Under the pieces are notes generated by a model, which searched no databases, was not told the origin of the DNA, and saw only the letters and a program-made list of their open reading frames with translations. The position numbers and the translations under genes are program-made. From a virus, in IMG/VR virus record IMGVR_UViG_3300035698_014446, positions 1 to 64,000 of that record: 64,000 bases of DNA. One strand, given 5' to 3'. Each line of letters starts with the position of its first letter. Positions within the stretch are counted from its first letter, which is position 1. This document shows, piece by piece, positions 9,831 through 18,546 of the stretch.

Positions 9831-9992
9831 ATCGTGGAGCAAACCGCACGACCGTCGCGCGATGGACATATTTCGCCGAACACCCTATGCCGCGTATTAC
9901 GTATCTCGCGGCCACGGGTCGTGGGCATCCACTTAGTCGATTCTTAAGCTAAACCTACTGCAGATAGTGCTGACAGCGGCCTACTCCACAAC
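9831..9992 (-). ncRNA. Candidate multi-branched structured RNA or 5' leader
   Basis: 17-bp closing helix GTTGTGGAGTAGGCCGC/GCGGTTTGCTCCACGAT with G-U pairs that work only on the minus strand; internal stems GCCGCG/CGCGGC and GGATGCCC/GGGTGTTC. Confidence 0.55.
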
Positions 9993-10517
9993 CAAGTTAT
10001 CCGACATTTATCGGGCGTCTACTTCTATAACGTCCGGGACGTTGATTCGGTTTCATACTACAGTTAAATATACCACCCGTAGTATATTCGCTTGAGTTAA
10101 ATACACTACCCGTTGTGTCCGGATATATTTCGTGAAACTGAGTCAATGCGCCGGACGTTATAAGATCGAAGATCGAACACCGTCCTTTCTCCAACCCCCC
10201 GGAGACTTAACATTAACACTCTTCCTTCCGAACGTTGAAATATATTAGAAAGGTATTTTCAGCTACCGGAACATTGTTTCTTTCAATGTAGACATACTTC
10301 TCGGATATATACACATACCCCCGCCGAATATATTATAGAAATATTTCGAATACACGGGACATTGAAGGAAATACATTTCTCACACCTCCGAAGAATGAGA
10401 GAGGTGAGCCCGGTGGACAAGGCCGAACTCAACCTCAATCATCTGAGAAAAGAGATATTCAATATCTCAATCCTCCGAACAAGAAACAACGACAATTACC
10501 AAAAACACACACGCCAC

Positions 10518-10811
10518 CTAATGAAAAACAATCGGAACAATAAATTCATCCTCCTTGTGCTTTTGCACTGATGATATGTATTCAACAAAAGTGTTGACTA
10601 CTTCACTCGTTTCACTACCAAAATTTTCAAGTGTAAAAATCCCGGTTTCAATGTTGTACGATAACGATTTGAAACCTTTGTCTTGGAGTAGATATGATAT
10701 ATCTGCCTCAATTACTACCCCATCACGTTCAACACGGAGTTTACCTTTCGTACAACCAGCGAAAAACAGTAACATAATTATTATTACAAATACAATTATG
10801 GACCACTTCAT
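10518..10811 (-). CDS. Predicted lipoprotein
   Basis: Hydrophobic signal ending in lipobox FAGC. Confidence 0.7.
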   Translation of the reverse strand: MKWSIIVFVIIIMLLFFAGCTKGKLRVERDGVVIEADISYLLQDKGFKSLSYNIETGIFTLENFGSETSEVVNTFVEYISSVQKHKEDEFIVPIVFH

Positions 10812-10832
10812 AACTATACCTCCTTTAACAAA

Positions 10833-11240
10833 TTATACGTCCCACTCATAACCAAACGTGTCCATAGTACATGTACACGCACCACCAGCAGCGGTAGTTA
10901 TTTCCACGCCGAACTCTTGTCCTGCAATAATTATATCCTGCACAACCGGGGTCATGTTGGGAACAGGCATAATGACGCCAGCCTTATCTGTACTATCAAA
11001 TCCAGCTAAGGTTACATCACTAAGCCACTGGTCCATATTACCGGCAACACCATACAAACCAAATGTTACCACAGCGAGAGCAGCATCAGCAGATAAATCT
11101 CTCACACCAATCATAGTAGGTATTCCTGCTTTGTTGAGAGGACATGTCCACAATGACATTTCCGATAGTGCTGCTGCATTGAGATTGACGAGCAACCTAC
11201 TCGCTAACCTCATAATTCCTCTGTCTTTAGCATCCGCCAT
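10833..11240 (-). CDS. Hypothetical virion-associated beta-rich protein
   Basis: GGAG RBS; end of tail operon. Confidence 0.55.
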   Translation of the reverse strand: MADAKDRGIMRLASRLLVNLNAAALSEMSLWTCPLNKAGIPTMIGVRDLSADAALAVVTFGLYGVAGNMDQWLSDVTLAGFDSTDKAGVIMPVPNMTPVVQDIIIAGQEFGVEITTAAGGACTCTMDTFGYEWDV

Positions 11241-11265
11241 GTTGTTCTCCTTCTAAATAAAAATA

Positions 11266-11466
11266 TTAATCAGCATTTATCATTAATACATCACCTTCGT
11301 GTACTAATATTTCGTTTTCATGTGTCATTATATCAAACACATCTATATTTGCGTTACCCAACAGTGTGTCAACATCAGTCATAAATCCGTTCAAAACTGC
11401 TCCCCAACTTTTTCCACCATCATCTAATAACGGAAAATTATAATTGGTTGTGTATTGTACAGCCAT
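11266..11466 (-). CDS. Small tail-associated protein (fibre N-terminus-like)
   Basis: YTTNYNFP..WGAVLN..D motif typical of fibre anchor segments. Confidence 0.5.
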   Translation of the reverse strand: MAVQYTTNYNFPLLDDGGKSWGAVLNGFMTDVDTLLGNANIDVFDIMTHENEILVHEGDVLMINAD

Positions 11467-11468
11467 AA

Positions 11469-14400
11469 TTACTCTCCTATAATAATTATATCGTTAGTCC
11501 GTAATGTAAATAATGACCGTTTTGGTGTAACAGTAACAACAAACGTATCACTACTACCCACATCGGATGTATCTATATCGTGCGTTTCAACAACACCTAA
11601 ATCACTATCATAAACAAGAGTACCACCCACCCTTAATTGAAAATTAACCCCAAGTAATTCTGGGTCAACCACATAAGACCCGTATAATATACCATTACCA
11701 GATTTGAGTAATGCTTCATCATCACCATATCGCCATATACCAGTAGTTATATCACTGTGTATATCATACCCACCTCTGTTAAATCCTGTATCTTTACTAT
11801 TCAATGACCAATACACATCGAATTCTGTGCCACTAAATCTTTCATTAATTCTATCACTTATATCACTTGTGAGTCTTAACATTGAAGCAGGTCCGGGGCG
11901 ACTACCCATACCTTTAATCACATCAGATATACCAACAACATCATCTATCTCCATCGCCTTATCACCGTAAAACGTTAATGCCTTAATCCAAACTTTTCTA
12001 CCTATATCCACATCATCAAATTCTAACATTGCGTTTGAATCAAGTGTAACAAACACCTCACTGGCCGAATGGGCAACTGCCTTAGTACCATACATACCCC
12101 TCATTAAATTATTTAATTTCCATCTATTAACTACTGCTGGAGATACTATTACATCATCACCCGGTATACCCGGTCCAGCTTCCAAAACATTAACTACTCT
12201 TACTTCGTAAAAATATGTATCTCTTGCAGTACCGGTCCACGGGGCAGGCATACCATCAACATAAGCACCATCTTTGTACGCTCTATCAGCACCAAAACTT
12301 ACTGTTCTACCTAACTCTGTAGCAGATGCCATATTCCATGCAATGAATATTACTTGTCCATTGGTAACATCTAACGGCGTAATCAATTCAAATCTTTGAA
12401 GGTTATAACCTTGAACCCACACCCCTGCTGCAGTAACTGCTAATCTTGTGGAAGGAGCACCAGCTACTCCATCATCATCATAAATACCAGCAATTACAGC
12501 AGCTGCACTACCAACTAAATGATGGATTTCAATATGAGTAATAGTCAAATCTTTTGTCATAGTCCATTCTTGGGCGTATCGTTTATTACCAGTTGTATTT
12601 CCAGTATTAACTGCGGGATAACCATCACTGGTAATAGTATCACCAGTAGTTGTGTCACCAATTAATGTTATATTATACCAACTACCAGATGTTGCTGAAA
12701 CACCGAATGGGTCTGGTAAACCACCCGCCCAATTAGAACCAGCAACAACAGCACGTCCAGTTTGTACATGAGCTTTATAATAATTAGTATTACCCGGAGA
12801 TGCGTCTTGCACAAAAGCTATCCAGTATGTAGTTCCAGCAGTAACGGCAACTGGTGTAATAAAATCAATTGTTTGAAAATGTCTACCAGTTGCTTCTTGA
12901 ACAGTAGAAGCACTAACTGCTAACCTGTTACCGGGAGTATTAGCAGCACCCGTGTTGTCATACAGAGCAACCATAATATTGTTGGTGTTTACGCCAAGAT
13001 GTTCAACGGAAACACCAGTAGCAGTATAATCTTCTATAGGAGATACTGCTATAGCTATTCTATTAGTATTAACCCACGGGGAAGTACCATAAATATAACC
13101 TTCATCATAATTTCTAATTTCACCACCACCAATAAGAGGACCAGCTACGGTTATTGCTGCGTGGGATAAATCTTCCGCATCTTTAAAGGCAATTATTTCA
13201 TTACCTAATCTACATAACTTTTTTTCACCAAAAAATTCAATATCAGTTATTGCTTGATCTGGTTCACCAACTGAATCACCAAGAGATACAGTTATTTCAT
13301 CGCTTTGACGAAGAATAACTGATGGGTATTCTTCATCAACATCATAAACTAAAGTACCAGCTACATTCCACCCCTCAAGTACTGTACCGCTACCAACTGT
13401 ATCAACTAAATCATACGATACATCATCCCAACTTCTGTACCAATGCCATCCATTAACTTCACTAGCCATAGGTGCAAATGAAAGAGCTACCTTATTACTT
13501 AATCTACTCTGTAAAAAACTTATTTGTGGAGCAACCAAATCAGACACTTGAATAACTGGTGTTTCTTCATGGTCCGTGTCTTCCGAATCATAATCGTCTT
13601 TGACTATAGAATACATATAACTTGCGTCTTCTACAGCTTTTATTGCCAAACCTCGTCCGTCTTTGTCTTCATCAATTGATACAATTCTAATTAATGCATC
13701 ACTAACTGCATACTCATCATTCAATGTTCCTACATCACCAGTCTCCAACAACATATTCTTATATGATAAAATAAAAGTGTACGCCGAAAATCTATACATT
13801 GATTCAGCAAGATACCTATACGCCATTAACTGTGCAAGACCGATATTGGTTATACCTTGTAAATTAATCGTCTTAATCCTAACATTACCAGATATTCTCT
13901 GGTCTACTTCATCATTTGCCAAGGCGACAGACGTATCGTATTCTTTGGCTCTGTTAGTCCAAGTTATCTCCACCCTGTTATTCGTTTCACTATATTTTCT
14001 TTTAGTGATTTTGACAGGAGGTTCCGGATTTTCCGTATCATCCACAACCAAATTATCCCGGTCTATATTAAACGTGGGTGGTTGTTCTTTATAAATACCG
14101 ATATTTATCTTACCCTCGGACATAAATAAATATCCTTGGAAGTGAGATAACACATAATCTATGTGGTCAAGTACTGGTTTTCTGCTCTTAAATACAAAAC
14201 TACAGAATATATCCTGATCACTACAATATACTCTTGCCATAATAAACGAATCAAGATCGATGTACGATGCAGCATCTATTTTTGCACCATATCTTTGATT
14301 GGTTAATAAAGCGTATATTACATCGACAGGATTAACGTCCATAATTCCTGTCAAAAGAACGTATGATGGAAGTATAAAGGATTCGGAGGCATACAATCCT

Positions 14401-16034
14401 TTTTGTAATCTGAATGTTGCGTCTGCGTTATAACCTTGAACGAATACTAAGTCTTTATCATATTTTATAATTGAGTAATTAGTACTTGTTTCCCCAGAAC
14501 CGACCTGTAAAATTACGTTTTTCTCTTTATCAAAACACAATGAAGATAACCAACCTCCGAGATTTGGAGTAACTTCTACTTCAGCTTCTTGTCCATCTAA
14601 CAATAAGTCCCACTTTTTTAGTTTATCACCTTGAATAAAGTAGACTCCATTTTCATTAGCTATAATATTGTATATAGCATCAATACCATCACCAGAAGTA
14701 CTGACGGATTTAATTAAACCTTGAGCGGGGTCAGCACCTTGTGATAAAGGTATACCACATCTCCATAAGCTAGTAAATGGTGCTATCGTACCCCAACCTC
14801 CAAAGTATATAGAATCACCATATACTGCAGCATCAAAAACTACATTAATATTGGCATGAGTTTCAACACCCTCGTATTCGTAAAATAATGATCCATCACT
14901 ACCGTTTATAATTCCAGGTTGATAATTAGGTGCATCTCCCAAATCTCTAAGATAAATATTTTCGTATTGATCTATTCTAAGAAAAAATATGGCTGTACGA
15001 AAAATAGTAGCCATTTCATATTCCCATATCAATGCACCAGTAGTGGCATTCCACTTCATTATCCATGAACTACCTGCATTTGCTTGCATTGCACAATATA
15101 CGAAATTACTATCTTTTGAGAATTTAGCACCAGTAGTAATACCTGTTTGTCCAGCAACAACACTTCCCCATGTAAATGGTATTGCCAAATCTTCGTTATT
15201 AACATCAAAAATGAATAAAGGAAGATCATTTGTAGCTTCGTTCCAGCCTTGTGAAATTATATACCGACCACTACGGTCGGGAGCTATGTCTGTAGCTAAA
15301 CCACCTGATATGCTGGTTTTATTAAATACTGGTGCAAAACTTCGATTAAGTATATAATGGGCGGCGTTCAACTGCCAATGTCCTATCGCATACTCTACCG
15401 GGTCACTCGTCATTTCAAAGGTAAAATTTGGTAAATTGCTGGCTGTTCCTAATTCGTACTCATTGAAAAAAGCACAGGTTATATATCTATACGTACCATA
15501 TGTTTCCCCGGTTACGGCAAGTATATCATTTTCATTATCTGAACCATCAAATTCAGTAAGTGCAGTAATGGCTATTTCTTCTTTACCAGCCCATACTCGT
15601 CTTATGTGAGCTTCCCCGTGACATATAGCAATAAGGAATGATCTCCTGTATTGTACTGTTTTTGTTTCTGTACCACCACCGCCGCCTCCTTTACCTCCTC
15701 CACCACCACTTTTTATAACGTACGGGTGTAATTCACCTATCCATATTACATTACCTGCTACCTTGCGTGTACCCATTACTATCTGTACGGGCGTACCTTT
15801 ATCGCTTCTTTGTATGGGATAAGTTGCTATCTCAGGCATTTGTGTATTATTATCCGTGGGAAATAACATGTATCCTAAAGACATACCCACGAGAAATGCT
15901 GCTTCGTAACCTATGTACGAACCTAATATGTAGGCAGTACCAATACCAACTAATATTGGTGCAGCAGCTTTACCACTACGATTACCTGCAAACTTGCGTC
16001 TGTTTCTACGTGTATTGTGCCATTTTTTCTTCAT
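11469..16034 (-). CDS. Tail tip / host-specificity protein (GTA-type phage tail protein) with inserted modules
   Basis: G.PVQIVMGTRKVAGNVIW, IAICHGE, LPNFTFE, DVNPVD, NRVEITWTNRAKEY, RGMYGTKAVAH; follows DUF2460-DUF2163-NlpC. Confidence 0.88.
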   Translation of the reverse strand: MKKKWHNTRRNRRKFAGNRSGKAAAPILVGIGTAYILGSYIGYEAAFLVGMSLGYMLFPTDNNTQMPEIATYPIQRSDKGTPVQIVMGTRKVAGNVIWIGELHPYVIKSGGGGGKGGGGGGTETKTVQYRRSFLIAICHGEAHIRRVWAGKEEIAITALTEFDGSDNENDILAVTGETYGTYRYITCAFFNEYELGTASNLPNFTFEMTSDPVEYAIGHWQLNAAHYILNRSFAPVFNKTSISGGLATDIAPDRSGRYIISQGWNEATNDLPLFIFDVNNEDLAIPFTWGSVVAGQTGITTGAKFSKDSNFVYCAMQANAGSSWIMKWNATTGALIWEYEMATIFRTAIFFLRIDQYENIYLRDLGDAPNYQPGIINGSDGSLFYEYEGVETHANINVVFDAAVYGDSIYFGGWGTIAPFTSLWRCGIPLSQGADPAQGLIKSVSTSGDGIDAIYNIIANENGVYFIQGDKLKKWDLLLDGQEAEVEVTPNLGGWLSSLCFDKEKNVILQVGSGETSTNYSIIKYDKDLVFVQGYNADATFRLQKGLYASESFILPSYVLLTGIMDVNPVDVIYALLTNQRYGAKIDAASYIDLDSFIMARVYCSDQDIFCSFVFKSRKPVLDHIDYVLSHFQGYLFMSEGKINIGIYKEQPPTFNIDRDNLVVDDTENPEPPVKITKRKYSETNNRVEITWTNRAKEYDTSVALANDEVDQRISGNVRIKTINLQGITNIGLAQLMAYRYLAESMYRFSAYTFILSYKNMLLETGDVGTLNDEYAVSDALIRIVSIDEDKDGRGLAIKAVEDASYMYSIVKDDYDSEDTDHEETPVIQVSDLVAPQISFLQSRLSNKVALSFAPMASEVNGWHWYRSWDDVSYDLVDTVGSGTVLEGWNVAGTLVYDVDEEYPSVILRQSDEITVSLGDSVGEPDQAITDIEFFGEKKLCRLGNEIIAFKDAEDLSHAAITVAGPLIGGGEIRNYDEGYIYGTSPWVNTNRIAIAVSPIEDYTATGVSVEHLGVNTNNIMVALYDNTGAANTPGNRLAVSASTVQEATGRHFQTIDFITPVAVTAGTTYWIAFVQDASPGNTNYYKAHVQTGRAVVAGSNWAGGLPDPFGVSATSGSWYNITLIGDTTTGDTITSDGYPAVNTGNTTGNKRYAQEWTMTKDLTITHIEIHHLVGSAAAVIAGIYDDDGVAGAPSTRLAVTAAGVWVQGYNLQRFELITPLDVTNGQVIFIAWNMASATELGRTVSFGADRAYKDGAYVDGMPAPWTGTARDTYFYEVRVVNVLEAGPGIPGDDVIVSPAVVNRWKLNNLMRGMYGTKAVAHSASEVFVTLDSNAMLEFDDVDIGRKVWIKALTFYGDKAMEIDDVVGISDVIKGMGSRPGPASMLRLTSDISDRINERFSGTEFDVYWSLNSKDTGFNRGGYDIHSDITTGIWRYGDDEALLKSGNGILYGSYVVDPELLGVNFQLRVGGTLVYDSDLGVVETHDIDTSDVGSSDTFVVTVTPKRSLFTLRTNDIIIIGE

Positions 16035-16455
16035 TTAGCCTTATCACTCCAGTCAGTCTTTTGTGCCACATCGAGTTTTTTACTATCCCTATTTGACAGT
16101 AGCGAGCGTGTGATACTGAATGAGCAAATTGATAACCACCAAGAAATACTCCTACATGTGAATTACATTTTCCAAATCTGAACACGAATAAATCGCCTAT
16201 TTTTCTGTCAAAGACAAAATCACCTATCTTCAACAATTCCTCAGTTATTATATCACTTGCCCCACTATGTATATTCCAGTCAAATTTATACTTTTTGAGT
16301 TTGTACTTTTTTATTTTTCCTAATTTATTAAGTACACCTATTATTAATCCCGTACAATCACACCCTTTTTCAGTAGTACCCATATGGCGATACGGAATCT
16401 TTTTGACAGCCCATCTACGTGCTTCATTAGCAAATAGTATATTAAAATCACTCAC
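16006..16455 (-). CDS. NlpC/P60 tail-associated peptidase
   Basis: PYRHMG..GCDCTGL ... HVGV ... HS. Confidence 0.9.
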   Translation of the reverse strand: MSDFNILFANEARRWAVKKIPYRHMGTTEKGCDCTGLIIGVLNKLGKIKKYKLKKYKFDWNIHSGASDIITEELLKIGDFVFDRKIGDLFVFRFGKCNSHVGVFLGGYQFAHSVSHARYCQIGIVKNSMWHKRLTGVIRLNEEKMAQYT

Positions 16456-17516
16456 AGTGTTTCCTGAACCTTTGGTATGTGAATAAACCCTAAAAAATTC
16501 TGTTTGTTATCGTACACACCATCACAGGTTTCAGCTACTCTTTTATCACAACCCGGATACAAATTATATGTAGTGCCATTCGCTATATTCCTTGGAAAAG
16601 CAACAAGTGTAGTTAATACTCCACTAACAAGAGTCCGAATCATTCTTCTTTGGCCCTCATTATCACCATTCGTTAATTGTATTTCTCCCATTTCAAATAA
16701 TTTTAAGTTTTCGATTGGAGTACCGTTAACAACCACATCACTCACACCAGCCGGACCAGATATCACTTCATCATCAACAAATTGTGTACCCAACTTATTA
16801 TACCATACTTGTCCATCACTCGGTGATGTGTAATGTATATTGGCTACAGTAGCCACTCCCGCTATATCACCGGTCATTGCATCACCAATACTAAACGGAT
16901 TTACACTATCACCCGCGTCAAACGGAACCTTAAATAATTGCAAGTCCGAATCCATAACAGAGAACCTGTCCGAAGCTACACCGTTAACTGTCCCAGTGAA
17001 CAAATAATCTGATTGGGTAAGGGCGCATCCGCTATCAAAAAGTACGTGATTACACGGTTCCTGATATAGAGGACGTGGTATTTGTACATTAAGAGAATTA
17101 AGTATTGATTTACATATTAGTGTAAGAGTTTGTCTGTCAAACTCCACATCGGCAGTACCTACAAACATAACCGTTTCTAAGTCTGCAGCATACGAATCAG
17201 TCCAATTAATTCTTGTAATTGTGATTTTAACAGCGTCCAAAACGTTTTTGTTTACCAACTCGTACAGATCACCAGTTATGTTTTGTAAAGATACGGTTAC
17301 TGTATCCATTTCAAGATTGATGTTATGAGCAATCGTTTCTCTGTTTATTGGTAATGATACATACATAACACTTGGACTACCCCACTTTATATCTTCACTG
17401 TGGGACGTAAAATAATAAATACCCCCATCAGATAGTTCTATTTTGAACAATTCAGCGAGTTTTAAAGTGTTATTTTTTATCGCTGTTTCAAAAGTGGCGT
17501 TTACTTCTAACGTCAT
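16452..17516 (-). CDS. Baseplate hub (DUF2163/BR0599 family)
   Basis: YFTSH..DI, YQEPCNHVLFDSGC, PGCDK..C..NFLGF.HIP. Confidence 0.9.
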   Translation of the reverse strand: MTLEVNATFETAIKNNTLKLAELFKIELSDGGIYYFTSHSEDIKWGSPSVMYVSLPINRETIAHNINLEMDTVTVSLQNITGDLYELVNKNVLDAVKITITRINWTDSYAADLETVMFVGTADVEFDRQTLTLICKSILNSLNVQIPRPLYQEPCNHVLFDSGCALTQSDYLFTGTVNGVASDRFSVMDSDLQLFKVPFDAGDSVNPFSIGDAMTGDIAGVATVANIHYTSPSDGQVWYNKLGTQFVDDEVISGPAGVSDVVVNGTPIENLKLFEMGEIQLTNGDNEGQRRMIRTLVSGVLTTLVAFPRNIANGTTYNLYPGCDKRVAETCDGVYDNKQNFLGFIHIPKVQETL

Positions 17517-18544
17517 GGCTTAACCTCCACAATTTCCACTCCTTGAAATTCCCACTTGTTATGGGCAAATTCAATTATCGGCATAAAATCAGAGTTAAAT
17601 CTAACTCTGTAGTTGTATTTATATGTAGCAGTAACATCTACTCCCCCAACCGGTGCTTTATTAGTTAAAAATTCTATCGTACCGGCGTGTTCATCCACTT
17701 CGTAATCAACCCCCGGTGTCATTTCTACGGCGTTGGATTCCACATTGAGTATGACTATCGTTCCATCAGCTACAGCATTAGTTATGTTACCGGTTACGGT
17801 AACTACTGTGTTTCCTCCCGATCTTACCACCGAGTCGACCACCCAATTTTTATCGTTTCCGGTAGAATCGGTAACAATAAACAGTACTCCTGCTTCAAGC
17901 TGATCTGTGTGAGCGCCAGTAACTGTGAATGTTTCATCAACAGTACTAACCGCAGTAATCGAGAAATGCTGTAATTCCATCCTGTTTTCTGTGTAAGACT
18001 CTGCTTCTCCATCATAATAGGTGTGATTCATGAAATATGTTTGTAGGCGAACAGGTGCATCAACAGCCGTAGTAACCGGAGCAATAGTAACAGTAACAGT
18101 TATGTTTGTCCCATCACTAACTGGAGTACCACTACACGTCCACGAACCGTCGTTTACACCAGCCGTTATATCGAATTTTACCCCATCCTTAAATATTTCG
18201 GGCACATCACTGGTTATAACGAAGGTTTTAGTATCATTATCTGCAGACGTGGCTGTGTATCCAGTTGTTGGTTGTGCAGAAATACCATCTTCTTCTTGTG
18301 GGTCACGGAACTGGAATGTGTTAAATCTGCCCTTAGCTCTGCCGTACAGTTCTATAGCCTGATTTCTTTGTGCTGTAGTCATAATACTCCAGCCCAATTC
18401 CCACATTTTCGTGGGTGATTCGCGGACTTGATTTCTTTGTTCCTTTCCGCTATCATACCTAACCAAGTCTGTGTGCCAGTTAAGTGTCTTGGACACGGGG
18501 TGCGTTGCCGCTATTGCTATAAAATCATTAATCACTGCATGCAT
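17513..18544 (-). CDS. Distal tail protein (DUF2460 family) with insertions
   Basis: SGKEQRN, KGRFNTFQFRDP, G.IEF..AP, VRFNSD. Confidence 0.85.
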   Translation of the reverse strand: MHAVINDFIAIAATHPVSKTLNWHTDLVRYDSGKEQRNQVRESPTKMWELGWSIMTTAQRNQAIELYGRAKGRFNTFQFRDPQEEDGISAQPTTGYTATSADNDTKTFVITSDVPEIFKDGVKFDITAGVNDGSWTCSGTPVSDGTNITVTVTIAPVTTAVDAPVRLQTYFMNHTYYDGEAESYTENRMELQHFSITAVSTVDETFTVTGAHTDQLEAGVLFIVTDSTGNDKNWVVDSVVRSGGNTVVTVTGNITNAVADGTIVILNVESNAVEMTPGVDYEVDEHAGTIEFLTNKAPVGGVDVTATYKYNYRVRFNSDFMPIIEFAHNKWEFQGVEIVEVKP

Positions 18545-18546
18545 AA

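Noticed and set aside
9831-9992. Hammerhead ribozyme
   Set aside because: No CUGANGA core in the right context on either strand.
9997-10194. 65-aa ORF upstream of the structured RNA
   Set aside because: TTG start, no recognisable motif; cannot be supported as coding.
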